59,665 nt of DNA, from positions 1 through 59,665 of the forward strand of contig CAZPGS010000002.1 in the NCBI GenBank assembly GCA_964586135.1, read 5' to 3'. A program made the translations under genes and the position numbers. The notes below the pieces were generated by a model that ran no database searches, had not been told where the DNA came from, and was given only the letters and a program-made list of their open reading frames with translations. This document shows positions 17,129 to 27,135 of the stretch, in pieces. Numbering within the stretch: position 1 is the first letter of the stretch; each line of letters opens with the position of its first letter. Origin of the DNA: an uncultured Nitrososphaerota archaeon. GTDB lineage: Archaea; Thermoproteota; Methanomethylicia; Nezhaarchaeales; WYZ-LMO8.

Positions 17129-18355
17129 GTGGTCGATTTGCCTGCGGAGACCGATTTCATAACCATAGAAGAGCTCGCGCAAAAGGCCGTGTACGAACAA
17201 GAAGTCGAGATGGTCGAGAGGAAGGGCAAGGGGCACCCTGACACCTTGGCCGACAACGTCTCAGAGGCTGTTTGCCGAGAGCTTTGCAAGTACTACTTAG
17301 AAAACTATGGGACGATATTGCACCACAACGTAGATAAAGCGCTAGTCGTGGGCGGCAGGTCCATTCCAAGATACGGTGGCGGGGTTGTGTGCGAGCCCAT
17401 ATACATAGTGGTGGCTGGGCGCGCCGTGACCCATGTCATGAGGGAAAACTCAATCAACGTGGTACCCATAGGAGCCATAGCTCTCAAGGCCATGAGGGAA
17501 AGCGTGAAGCGGACCTTTAGACACTTGGACCCTGACAGCCACGTTATCTTCGACTACAAGATAAAGCAGGGATCCGTCGATCTCGTCAAGGTCTTCGAGT
17601 TAGGCAAAAGTGTGCCCCTCGCCAACGATACGTCCTTTGGGGTTGGATATGCCCCTCTAACGGAGACTGAAAAACTAGTGCTAGAAGTGGAGAGGACCCT
17701 CAACTCTTCTAGTTACAAGGATAAGAACCCGGCCGTCGGGGAGGACATAAAAGTCTTAGCGCTTAGGAAAGGCGGGAAGGTTGACTTGACTCTAGCCTGC
17801 GCAATGGTAAGCTCCTACATCAAATCACTTGACGATTACTTAAAGGTCAAGGAGGAGGTCAAGGAGGAGGTATTAAAAATAGCGTCAAAATACGACCTTG
17901 AAGTTGACGTAAAAGTAAACACTGCAGACAAGCCCGAGCTCGGAGTCGTGTACTTGACAGTTACGGGAACATCGGCCGAAGCTGGCGACGACGGCAATAC
18001 TGGTAGGGGCAACAGAGCCAACGGGCTCATAACTCCAAACAGGTACATGTCTTTAGAGGCCGTGGCGGGTAAGAACCCTGTGAGCCACATAGGCAAGATC
18101 TACAACATAGTGTCGGCGAACATAGCGAAGAAGGTGCACGAGGAGACCCGCAAGGTCAAAGAGGTCTATGTCTACATGCTAAGCCGCATAGGACGCCCGA
18201 TCAACAAGCCCCTCATTGTCAACGTTAAGGTCATACCACACGAAGGGGTTAACATTAAGACGCTGAAATACGATGTCGAGAGCATCGTTCAAGCGGAGTT
18301 AGAAAACGTGATTAACATCAGAGAACAGCTCCTGAAGAGCCCGCTAGAGTTTTGA
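17129..18355 (+). CDS. mat: archaeal-type S-adenosylmethionine synthetase
   Basis: 408 aa with a GTG start. ERKGKGHPDTLAD and overall length and organisation match the archaeal MAT family. Confidence 0.9.
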   Translation: MVDLPAETDFITIEELAQKAVYEQEVEMVERKGKGHPDTLADNVSEAVCRELCKYYLENYGTILHHNVDKALVVGGRSIPRYGGGVVCEPIYIVVAGRAVTHVMRENSINVVPIGAIALKAMRESVKRTFRHLDPDSHVIFDYKIKQGSVDLVKVFELGKSVPLANDTSFGVGYAPLTETEKLVLEVERTLNSSSYKDKNPAVGEDIKVLALRKGGKVDLTLACAMVSSYIKSLDDYLKVKEEVKEEVLKIASKYDLEVDVKVNTADKPELGVVYLTVTGTSAEAGDDGNTGRGNRANGLITPNRYMSLEAVAGKNPVSHIGKIYNIVSANIAKKVHEETRKVKEVYVYMLSRIGRPINKPLIVNVKVIPHEGVNIKTLKYDVESIVQAELENVINIREQLLKSPLEF

Positions 18356-18599
18356 ACTATTTTTGAATAGCTATCGCTCGCGGCCTTTACACATCCCATC
18401 CTCCACTCGCGGCAACCTTTCCGGGCCCTTAATGCGTTCTCTAGACACGCCACATCGTAAAATCGCCACGAAAAGAGAGAAGGAGGCAAAGTCGCCTTTC
18501 CCACGCCAAGACTCTTTCAACTATAGCGGTGCTTGCCCCAGCTCTCTATTTTCACTTCCAATTCATCGAGGTGATAAGAGGTTCGTGCATAGCGTTCAA

Positions 18600-19985
18600 G
18601 AAAGTACAGACATAGCTACAGCGAGAAAGTCATCGACTTTGTCAAAGAGGTCATGAGAGAATATGGGCCCCGACTCGCTGAAAGCGAGGCCGAGTTGAAG
18701 GCTGGCGAGCACGTATATAAGCTAATGCCCAAGTTTTGCGATGAGGTCCAGAAGGATTGATTCACTTCAAGGCCGAGAGGGTTTACGGGCTACATATGGG
18801 TCGTATTCTTCCTTTGCCTCCTCGGTACAGCACTGTATTTCATGGGCTTTTGGTTTGTAATATTTGTCCTCACCCTCTTCGAATTATCGAGATTTGTCCT
18901 TCACCAATGCCTACACTATGAGGTTGTTGACCTCCTATTCCCGAGGGCCCAAGAGTTCCACATCGTTGATAGGACCTTTCCGTCGGGAACTCCGAAGAAT
19001 AAAATCCTACTCTCCGCCTGCTACGATTCTCCATACGAGTTCCCACTATTGAGTAGGCTGAGGATGAGGCCGCCACTCCTTATACTATCAACAGTAGCGA
19101 TGGTCGTTATCACGGGTTTCTTAGGACTGTTAAGGTACTTTTACGATGTCGATGCGATTCAAAGGCCAATGCTGATCGTAAGCGCGTGCCTTCTCTTCGT
19201 GCTTGCTGCGCTTCGAGGTCCAACAAGGTATTCCTGGCTCAAACGACGATCTCGCTGGCGTTGGAGTTGTTCTTGAAGCTGGGAGATATCTCAGCACGAA
19301 TAGGTTAAAGAATACCGAGGTTTGGATCGTCGTGTTTGCCGGAGAAGGGCACATGCGAGGTTCGAAGAGGTTTGTCAAAAAATACTTCGATAAGCTCAAG
19401 GACTCGATTCTGTTTAACTTTAAGCGCCCCTCTCGTGAGTACTTCTTAGTTGCCACCGAAGAAAGGCTGTTCTTCGCCAAACACCCTCAAAGGGCCGTAG
19501 AGATAGCAAAGAGGGCTTGTGAGAGGGTCGGCGCTAACTTCAAGGTCGGTCCCTTGCCGTTTGCGGGTGGTGATGCGGCGAACTTTTTGAGGAAAGGCCT
19601 TCATGCTGTGACGATGTTTGGCTTACTGTTTGTCCCTAAATGCTCATCCTCATTAGTCTATTTCTATTCGTCGCATCTAGGGATTTCCGCCTCGCGCGCT
19701 ATTAGCGCGGTTCGTGGGCGTTCGAGCCCAACGGCACGGGACTCCCACCTACCTCCGCCCCGCCCAGGCTCGGAGCGCCGCTCCCATCGCCTGAGCGGGC
19801 TCTGAGCAATAAACGGTATCAGAGCTTCAAACTCAACATCTAAACATCAACTACGAAACAGCCCAGACGGTGCTCCATATTGCTGGCACACGCTTGAAGA
19901 TATGCCAGAAAAGCTAAAACCGGCCTCTATCACGAAGGCCGTAGAAATAGCGATCGAGATGGCAAAGTTAGTAGATGAGTCGTAA
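18600..19985 (+). pseudogene. M28-family (Iap-like) membrane-associated metallopeptidase, disrupted
   Basis: Recognisable segments are EKVIDFVKEVMREYGPRLAESEAELKAGEHVY, ILLSACYDS, IPGSNDDLAGVGVVLEAGRYL, GGDAANFLRKGLHAV and WHTLEDMPEKL...VDES*. Lesions are: no start codon in frame, an in-frame TGA at 18758..18760, a frameshift between about 19180 and 19215, and an in-frame TGA at 19803..19805 inside a GC-rich insert. Confidence 0.7.
19681..19807 (+). other. GC-rich structured insert inside the M28 pseudogene (tRNA-like T-arm/hairpins)
   Basis: This stretch is compositionally distinct (very GC-rich) within a roughly 45% GC gene. Hairpins are CGCGC-GCUAUUA-GCGCG (19693..19709), UGGGC-GUUCGA-GCCCA (19715..19730, T-arm-like GUUCGA loop), CAGGC..GGAGC-GCC-GCUCC..GCCUG, and a long-range GAGCCC/GGGCUC pairing. 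Confidence 0.4.
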
Positions 19986-20079
19986 ATGATTCAGTCCACG
20001 TCATAGCCATTCATTTGCCCGAAGCTTCTAAATCTCTTGCCATCGCTATAACAAAAGCGACTGCAAGTGTTCTCGATTA

Positions 20080-22137
20080 TCATTGCCTCGACTTTTCTAG
20101 CTCTCTAGCCCTCTCTTCACGATACCTTTGCAATATGTCCTTCAACCTCTCCTTTAGACTTTGGTCCCTCTTCGCCAGCAGTTCCTCTTTCTTAGCCTTT
20201 ATTATCTCTTTAATGGTCGATGAGGTGTATAGGAAGTCAGAGGCCTTCTCGACCTTGACCTCTTCTATGTCTATTACAGGAATGCAGTTCTCCTTTATGA
20301 CCTCCAGTGCTTCTTTTGGCATCTTATCGATCTTGGTTATTATTGCCTCGGGCCGCATGTTAATTAGGAGCTCGACGCCTTCGACGGTAGAAGAGCTGGG
20401 GTCATGGACCAGCACGATCTCTCCTTTCTTCAAGACGTCATATTTCACGGCCTCCTCCACAGATCTCCTAGTTATGGAGCGTATCTCCTTAATTATCACG
20501 ACAACGCCTTGGGCGAGCTCTCTCACTAAATGCTTGAGCCCCTCAAGCTCCCTTTCCATGATCTCTATTTTAGTCCTCAATTCGCTTATGGTCTTTGCAG
20601 AAGCTTCGAGTCTTCTTTTTATAGCCTCGTCTTGTGTTGTATGAGGCGATTTAAGATAAGCCCTTATGAGCTCCTCTTCGAGCTCTTCTATTTTAGCTTC
20701 TTTTTCCTTTAATTGTTTCAGGAGATTTAGTCGAGACTCCTCGAGATCCTTTATCACCTTGCTTTGTTCCTCGACCTTCTCTCTAAGCCTCGAAAGCTCG
20801 GACCTCAGTCTTTGTATTTCAGGCTCCGCTTGGGTCGTCGCAAAGGATTTGTCAGGCTTGTCGTCAAGTGCTACTCTCTCAAGCACCTCCTTTATCGTAA
20901 GGCCCTTAATGATTAAGGCCTTGGCCCTCTCTATTTGAGGGCGAGATAGGTTGAGCTCCTTTGCCTTAGCTTCAAGTTGCATGAACTTGTTCTTAAAGTT
21001 GAAGTACGCCTTCAGCGCAGCGGCTATGGCGTCCCTCTGATGCGAGTTCTTGACGACGTCTTTGAAGTTAACTACGTTCTCTTGAACTACGCGTCTCTTA
21101 TCCTTCACGCTCAAGTCTCTAGGTGGCGTGTAGACAGTACAACCTAAGATCGATGCTATTTTCTCTACGACTAATGGCACACGCCTTACGTCTGAGGCTA
21201 TGACCACGGGGTTGCCAAACTTAGTGACCGTCCTTATTATAGACATCCTATCGAGGGCTAATCCACTATCTACGAACAGGAGGTTGCCGTGCAGGTCTAA
21301 GATTGCTATGCCCGTGACTATCCCCGGGTCTAGCCCTATTATTATTGGCTTTTCCTCTCGATTATCAAGGCTGGCCTGTTTATCATCAAGAGCGGGGATC
21401 CTCGCCACGATCTTCAGGTTAACGCTGCTCTTCTTTATCAGGTCTCTAAGGGGTCTTAGCAACCTCTTCACGTATGAAGGGGTAGCATTAAGTATGATTG
21501 CGCTTCTCTCAAGACCAAACTTGGATCGTTGAACGTAGCACTCCACATCGCTGCTATCGACATGCTTTTTCAGCTCGTCCAATACTAGGCTCGTCACTTG
21601 CTTTATGGCTGAGCGCTGAGAGCGACTGTACCTTCCTTGGCTCATACCCCCCGGACCAAGGCTCCTCCCTCTCGATATCAAGATCGCCGTCCTAATGGTC
21701 GAGGGCTCGATGATCGTGGTTCCTACTCCCTTTAATGCCAATAAAGCCGAGGCCTCTGCAGCTTGGAGAGGTGAGAGGTGAGAGGCCCTTTCATTTAAGA
21801 CGCCCTCTCTGAAGGCCAGCTCAGCGAGCTTCACGTAGCGATTGCCGACACGGGTCACTTCGATGAGCCTTATCTTGTCTATTACCTTGCTTAGCCGTCT
21901 CTTAATCTCACTTACTGACTCACCTATTTCGAAAATGTTGTCAACGGTTATTGTGTCGACCTTGTACTTCTTTAGGAGACGAGAGACGACTTCCCAATTC
22001 ACGCCCTCTCTACGATCAATTATGGCGCCTTTCTCGTTGATCACTACTAGTGCGTATTCTTGCATGTGTTGGGTCGAAGGTGCCAAGTCTATGCCCATTA
22101 TCATGCGTTGCCCATCGACTTGCTCGCTCAGGTCCAC
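20080..22137 (-). CDS. DUF460-like archaeal protein (RNase H/RuvC-like folds plus long coiled coil)
   Basis: 685 aa. There are two segments with G(I/L)D(L/P) starts (IMGIDLAPS; IIIGLDPGIVTGIAILDL) resembling RNase-H-like nuclease folds, followed by a roughly 150-aa heptad-rich coiled coil. The family assignment is from memory of the DUF460 architecture. Confidence 0.55.
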   Translation of the reverse strand: MDLSEQVDGQRMIMGIDLAPSTQHMQEYALVVINEKGAIIDRREGVNWEVVSRLLKKYKVDTITVDNIFEIGESVSEIKRRLSKVIDKIRLIEVTRVGNRYVKLAELAFREGVLNERASHLSPLQAAEASALLALKGVGTTIIEPSTIRTAILISRGRSLGPGGMSQGRYSRSQRSAIKQVTSLVLDELKKHVDSSDVECYVQRSKFGLERSAIILNATPSYVKRLLRPLRDLIKKSSVNLKIVARIPALDDKQASLDNREEKPIIIGLDPGIVTGIAILDLHGNLLFVDSGLALDRMSIIRTVTKFGNPVVIASDVRRVPLVVEKIASILGCTVYTPPRDLSVKDKRRVVQENVVNFKDVVKNSHQRDAIAAALKAYFNFKNKFMQLEAKAKELNLSRPQIERAKALIIKGLTIKEVLERVALDDKPDKSFATTQAEPEIQRLRSELSRLREKVEEQSKVIKDLEESRLNLLKQLKEKEAKIEELEEELIRAYLKSPHTTQDEAIKRRLEASAKTISELRTKIEIMERELEGLKHLVRELAQGVVVIIKEIRSITRRSVEEAVKYDVLKKGEIVLVHDPSSSTVEGVELLINMRPEAIITKIDKMPKEALEVIKENCIPVIDIEEVKVEKASDFLYTSSTIKEIIKAKKEELLAKRDQSLKERLKDILQRYREERARELEKSRQ

Positions 22138-22198
22138 GAATACATCTACCTCAATACGCGCCGACTACACCCTAGGCGGTTCGCAGACAAGATATTTT

Positions 22199-23071
22199 TT
22201 AAGGCTCGTTCTTAATATCCTTTAACATTTCGTAGGCGTCCACGTTTAAGCCAAACCTTCTGTTAAAGAAGCGTACTAAATTTGTTACGTCTCGCTCTAA
22301 GTATTCTGAGCTCCTAGGATGGTTCTTCGAGGCCCATTGAGGCCAATCTATTATGAGGATGTCGAAATCCGGCTTTATGATCACGTTAAACTCGCTCAGA
22401 TCTGCGTGCACTATGGATGCTTCCTGGTAGGCCTTCTTAATGTTCTCTGCTATCTCCATAAGAACTCGCCAGGGATCAGGCAGGTCCGTGACGACATAGA
22501 GCGGATCGCCTATTATCACGTCCATTACTATTGCGTGCCTGTTGTAAGCTATGGGCCTAGGGACCTTAACGCCCAGAGGATATAGGGTCTCAAGGGCCTC
22601 ACATTCTCTCCTAGCAGCGATGCACGACTGCCTGTACCAAGATGAGGCCTCGCCATAAGTCCTAAGCCTCTTAGTTTGCTTAAAGCTGGACCTCCCGACT
22701 CTGTGAAACTTTATGGCTACCCTGTACCCAGATGGCGATAGACCATCGTAAACATCCGCCTCCTTCCCCACGCCAAGCTTCACACCAACGGCGTCCAGTA
22801 CCCCCTTGTCAACGAAGTACTTGAGGGCAAGGGCATCGCGTCCGTATTGCCTCAAGGCATAGCCCAAGTAGTCTAGCTTTCGACGGGCTACGAAGCCTAT
22901 CTTGTACAATTTGTCTAAGTCATCCAAGAGGGCGTCGACGGGCTTCTTCAGCTGCCTCGCCAAGACGTCGACGGGGATGTATTCATACCTTAAGTGGAGC
23001 CTCTCCATCGCTAATAAGATCTTGTAGTCGTGGTCCTTGAGCATTCTCATGAGGGAAGCTACGACTGACAT
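22199..23071 (-). CDS. rio2: RIO-type serine/threonine kinase Rio2
   Basis: N-terminal winged helix followed by the RIO kinase core: GVGKEADVY, AIKFHRVGRSSFK, IVHADLSEFNVI, IDWPQ. Confidence 0.9.
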   Translation of the reverse strand: MSVVASLMRMLKDHDYKILLAMERLHLRYEYIPVDVLARQLKKPVDALLDDLDKLYKIGFVARRKLDYLGYALRQYGRDALALKYFVDKGVLDAVGVKLGVGKEADVYDGLSPSGYRVAIKFHRVGRSSFKQTKRLRTYGEASSWYRQSCIAARRECEALETLYPLGVKVPRPIAYNRHAIVMDVIIGDPLYVVTDLPDPWRVLMEIAENIKKAYQEASIVHADLSEFNVIIKPDFDILIIDWPQWASKNHPRSSEYLERDVTNLVRFFNRRFGLNVDAYEMLKDIKNEP

Positions 23072-23075
23072 TCTC

Positions 23076-23756
23076 TCAGCGCTTTTCGATCAATACGGCG
23101 TCCAAAATTATTAGCTCGCCCCAGTTCCTACGCCAGGCTATCTCATAGTTTGCTACCTTTATCCTTTCTACCAAGAAAGGAGCGTCCACGACAAAGGTCT
23201 CGTATTCCCCTCCTTCTCCGCAAGGGCTCACACCCCAAGTCTTAGATAATTTCTTCAAGTGCTCGAGGAACCTTTGATCTATTTCTCTACCTAACCACTC
23301 CTGAGTCAGGCCTTCAGCGTAGACGCCAACGACGATTGCTCTGAAGCCTTCACCGATCATTCGATAGACCACGTCAAGGGGGCCTCGCCCCCATAGGGGG
23401 ACTATCAGCTCTAGCCCAGCCTTATCGCATACCTCTTGTAAAATTCTCCTTTGATAATTGCTAGCTATGACGCCCGCGACCACACCCTCTATTCCATGTT
23501 GCTCCCTTAATGCGGTTAAGGTTTTACACAGAACGTCGTACTCCTGGTTCATGGGCGCCTTTACTAAGTCTTGTGTAACTCCCATTGATTTGGCTTGCAA
23601 AGCAGTCCACTTAACGTTGGGGACGTGGAATAGCTTTGACTCAGGGTCTTGAGGCCAAAAAGTTACTAGCCTCTCCACCTTGAGCCCCATGTCTAAGGCT
23701 AAGTGACAAGCATACGCGCTATCCTTGCCCCCGCTCCACAAGCACGCCACCTTCAC
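23076..23756 (-). CDS. PP-loop ATP pyrophosphatase, diphthine-ammonia ligase-like (MJ0570/DUF71 family)
   Basis: 226 aa. SGGKDS PP-loop (LWSGGKDSAYA) and GEGGEYETFVVDAP motif. Confidence 0.8.
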   Translation of the reverse strand: MKVACLWSGGKDSAYACHLALDMGLKVERLVTFWPQDPESKLFHVPNVKWTALQAKSMGVTQDLVKAPMNQEYDVLCKTLTALREQHGIEGVVAGVIASNYQRRILQEVCDKAGLELIVPLWGRGPLDVVYRMIGEGFRAIVVGVYAEGLTQEWLGREIDQRFLEHLKKLSKTWGVSPCGEGGEYETFVVDAPFLVERIKVANYEIAWRRNWGELIILDAVLIEKR

Positions 23757-25675
23757 TTAACATCAACCCTAGATAGCATGAATTGCTCGACCTTCTCCTT
23801 GACGACCTCGCTCACAAGCCTTCCATCTACCTTGCCTCGTAGAATGGACATTACCTTGCCCATCACTATCTTGAAGGCTTTCTCCCCCCTTTCCTTAAGG
23901 AGCTCCGCGTTCTCCTCTATTATGCGATTCACGAGGGCCCGCACTTCATCTAGCGAGACCGCCCTAAGACCTAGTTTCTCCAAAATCTCCGAGGCAGAGG
24001 CCTTGGGGTTCTCGGCCATGGCCTTTAAGACTTCAGGTATAGCTTCCTTGGCTATAAGCCCTTTGCCCAGGGCCTTGAACATCTCTAAGAGGTTGGCCTC
24101 GTCTACTTGATCCAAGGGGACGCCTTCTCTCTTTAAGCTCTTCCATGTGTACTCAAGCGTTGTAGCGACTATCACTGGGCTAACCTCTGGGACGTCTGAG
24201 ATTATCCTCTCAAATAGGTCGAGCCTGTAAGAGTTTATCATCAACACGGCTAGGTCCTTGCTTAGCCCATACTCCTCAACAAATCTCTTGAGCTTCTCTT
24301 CGGGCATCTCTGGCAAGGACCTTGCAAGCCTTTCTAGCCTTTCCTTAGTTATCACGATGGGCCTGACGTCCGTCTCCGGATACATTCGGGAGGCTCCAGG
24401 CCTCGGCCTCATGTAACGTGTAGTGCCATCAGGGTTGGCCGCCCTGGTCTCTTCAGGGACCCCCTTCAGCGCTTCTCTGCACCGCCTCAATACGGCTTGG
24501 AGCGCCTTTACGGCTTTCTCCTCCTCATCAACCACAAAGACCGCTGCATCACTTGAACAGCAATCGAGCCTCTTCTTGAGCTCGTCAACATCAGCATCTG
24601 TTATCCCATAAGCTGGCATTTCGTCTGTGTGGAAGATACCCTTAACCCCGCCCCAGAGAACTGCATAGTCTTTGAGCTCCGTTCCGAACCTCCTCCCCGG
24701 TTGGACCTCCAGTCCTAGCAGGCCAGCGAAGTTCTCGAGCTTTATAGCCATCACTTTGTGGCCTCTTTGAAGGCCCTGTAGAATTATCTTGCTCTTGGTG
24801 CTCTTGAATACGTCACTCACGTCGACGATGTCGCTCTCTACCTCGACCACGCCACGCCTCTTGAGCTCGTCTCTGATCTCTAAGAGCTTGAGCTGCCTCT
24901 GGACCTCTAGCTCTATCACTTTTGATATCAGTTCCAAGTCTTGAAGACCTTTGACCTCTACCTTCCCTCCCTTTGCGAGTGAGATGTTTATGTCTTGCCT
25001 GATAGTCCCGAGGCCTCGCTTGACCTTCCCGAGTATGCGGAAGAGCTGACCGATCTTTAGGGCTACTCTCTGGGCTTGCTCCGGCGTCTTTATCTCGGGA
25101 GCGGTCGAGACCTCGATGAGCGGTATGCCCAGCCTGTCGAGCCTGAACACGACCTTGTCCTCGGAGTCAGATATCTTGCGCGCAGCGTCCTCCTCTAAGC
25201 ATATCGCCTGGATGTGAACAGGTCCTTCGAGGTCTTGTATTACGCTTTCATGGCCTCCTATAGCCACTACCGCCGTACGCTGAAAGCCAGTGGTATTCGA
25301 ACCGTCTATGACCACCTTCCTCATCACTTGGATGACGTCCGGCACCTGTGCCTTAAGCATGAGGGCTATTTGCAGAGCTATGTCTAGGGCTTCTTCGTTG
25401 AGTGCGTGGGGCGGCTCTTCGTCCATCTCAACGAGGCACGTGGTGTCGCTATAAGCTTGGTAGACGTAGACCTTGCCCTTTTCGTACTCAAGCAGGGCTG
25501 CCTCGTCGACGGTTCCTAGCTCGCTACGAGTTGGGCGCAGATACCTAGCGAAGACTATGTCGGGCTCGTCGTCTCTAAGCAGAGTTGGGCACGAGCAGAA
25601 CAGCTTCGACTTGGTATTGAGTTGTTGGTGTATTTCAAGCCCAACCCTTAGGCCTAGCTCTTCGTATTTATTCAC
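23753..25675 (-). CDS. gatE: Glu-tRNA(Gln) amidotransferase subunit E
   Basis: 640 aa. VGLEIHQQLNT.SKLFCSCPT is the typical N-terminus. Its start overlaps the end of upstream gatD, and its own end overlaps the next gene. Confidence 0.95.
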   Translation of the reverse strand: MNKYEELGLRVGLEIHQQLNTKSKLFCSCPTLLRDDEPDIVFARYLRPTRSELGTVDEAALLEYEKGKVYVYQAYSDTTCLVEMDEEPPHALNEEALDIALQIALMLKAQVPDVIQVMRKVVIDGSNTTGFQRTAVVAIGGHESVIQDLEGPVHIQAICLEEDAARKISDSEDKVVFRLDRLGIPLIEVSTAPEIKTPEQAQRVALKIGQLFRILGKVKRGLGTIRQDINISLAKGGKVEVKGLQDLELISKVIELEVQRQLKLLEIRDELKRRGVVEVESDIVDVSDVFKSTKSKIILQGLQRGHKVMAIKLENFAGLLGLEVQPGRRFGTELKDYAVLWGGVKGIFHTDEMPAYGITDADVDELKKRLDCCSSDAAVFVVDEEEKAVKALQAVLRRCREALKGVPEETRAANPDGTTRYMRPRPGASRMYPETDVRPIVITKERLERLARSLPEMPEEKLKRFVEEYGLSKDLAVLMINSYRLDLFERIISDVPEVSPVIVATTLEYTWKSLKREGVPLDQVDEANLLEMFKALGKGLIAKEAIPEVLKAMAENPKASASEILEKLGLRAVSLDEVRALVNRIIEENAELLKERGEKAFKIVMGKVMSILRGKVDGRLVSEVVKEKVEQFMLSRVDVK

Positions 25676-27005
25676 CGGGCATCCCCCGATGCTCAGTCCT
25701 CTGACTCATCTCCCCCGCTATGTTCATTGTCATTAACCTCTTGACCTCCTCCTCGTCCCTGGCATTAGCCAAGCACCACATCATTTTAACGAGGGCTGTC
25801 TCAGGGGGCATGTCTTCACAAGGTATCACGCCCATTCGCAAAAGCTCTACACCAGTCCTATAGACGTTCATGTTGACCCTCCCCCATATGCACTGGGAGG
25901 TCATGGCGACGACTATCCCGCGGTCTACGAGCTTCTTAATGGAGGAGAAGACGTAGCTCGGCGCATGCCCGAGCCCTGTGCCCTCAATTATGACCCCTCT
26001 GTAACCAACGTGGATGGGCCATTCTATTGCCTCAGGGGGTATTCCAGGGTAAACCTTGATCAGAGCGGCTCTAGCATCGAAATTCGCATAGACTTTGAGG
26101 TCCCTCCCGTCCTCGTTGCGAGGCCTTAAGTTCTTAGCGAGGACGATGAGCTCCCTCCCCTTTAACACCCTTGCGACTGGTGTGTCGTTTACCGGCCTGA
26201 AGGCATCTCTTCGACTTGTGTGACACTTCCTAGTCCTTGTGCCTCTCAACACTATCAAGCTCTCATCGCTTATGCTTTCATGCATCACAACAACGACCTC
26301 CGCAAAAGGCGCGCGAGCGGCTACGAGCACTGCTCCTAGCATGTTGAGAGCGGCATCACTTGATGGCCTATCTGACGACCTCTGAGCCCCGACGAGGACC
26401 ACGGGAACGGGTAGTTGCTGCAGAGCAAAGCTAAGCGCAGCAGCCGTGTAACCCATGGTGTCAGTGCCGTGCGCTACTACCACCCCGCTTACGTCATTTT
26501 TAACGATTTCCTCGGCTGTTGCTTTGGCTATCACGGACCAGTACTCTGGCCTCATATCCTCACTGAAGATGTTGAAGAGCGTGCGCATCGATACCGTAGC
26601 TAACTCGCTAAGCTCTGGTATGGCTTCATAAAGGTCTTCGGCTGAAAGCGATGGATAAACGGCCCCGGTCTTGTACTCAACCTTGCTTGCTATGGTACCT
26701 CCTGTGCCTAAGACCGTGACTTTAGGCAACCCAGCCTTTAACTCTAAGACTTTCCTGTCTTCGAATTTAATTGCGTGCTTCTTCGCCACCAATTCGACTT
26801 TGACTTCTGAGAGCCTAAAGCCGATGTTGTAGCCGTTGTCCATCTTTATCATCACGTAATCGTCGCTTAGTATCTCAGTCCTAGGCATTAGGAGGCCCTC
26901 GTAAATCATGGGCCCCTTAATCACACGAACTCTGTCGTATGGCTCTAAGTTCAATTGCTTTAGAGGACCAGGAACGCCAAGTTCTTCAGACAAGTCGATC
27001 ACCAA
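25668..27005 (-). CDS. gatD: Glu-tRNA(Gln) amidotransferase subunit D
   Basis: 445 aa with an asparaginase-like core: GTGGTIASKVEYKTGAV and HGTDTMGYTAAALSF. Confidence 0.95.
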   Translation of the reverse strand: MVIDLSEELGVPGPLKQLNLEPYDRVRVIKGPMIYEGLLMPRTEILSDDYVMIKMDNGYNIGFRLSEVKVELVAKKHAIKFEDRKVLELKAGLPKVTVLGTGGTIASKVEYKTGAVYPSLSAEDLYEAIPELSELATVSMRTLFNIFSEDMRPEYWSVIAKATAEEIVKNDVSGVVVAHGTDTMGYTAAALSFALQQLPVPVVLVGAQRSSDRPSSDAALNMLGAVLVAARAPFAEVVVVMHESISDESLIVLRGTRTRKCHTSRRDAFRPVNDTPVARVLKGRELIVLAKNLRPRNEDGRDLKVYANFDARAALIKVYPGIPPEAIEWPIHVGYRGVIIEGTGLGHAPSYVFSSIKKLVDRGIVVAMTSQCIWGRVNMNVYRTGVELLRMGVIPCEDMPPETALVKMMWCLANARDEEEVKRLMTMNIAGEMSQRTEHRGMPGE

Positions 27006-27135
27006 TTGGCTATCGACTTACAGGGCGACAAGAGGAAAGGGACTACCCCGAGAATTGAGCGTGGTGTAGGGCTACTGGTAAAAATTGTAACGCAAAGACT
27101 GGGACTTCCTTCAAATGAAGCACATGCTCGAAAGG

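Noticed and set aside
19693-19737. A genuine tRNA gene inside the M28 pseudogene
   Set aside because: Only the 3' two-thirds can be drawn. There is no matching 5' acceptor strand or D-arm. The putative anticodon loop GCUAUUA lacks U33, and the T-loop has 6 nt rather than 7. It is kept only as a tRNA-like fragment or structured insert.
20015-20644. 209-aa plus-strand Ser/Leu-rich ORF, and 20666..20938, 21200..21532 and 21842..22225
   Set aside because: They are antisense to the 685-aa DUF460-like gene. The Ser-rich low-complexity translations mirror the Glu/Lys/Leu codons of the coiled coil on the other strand.
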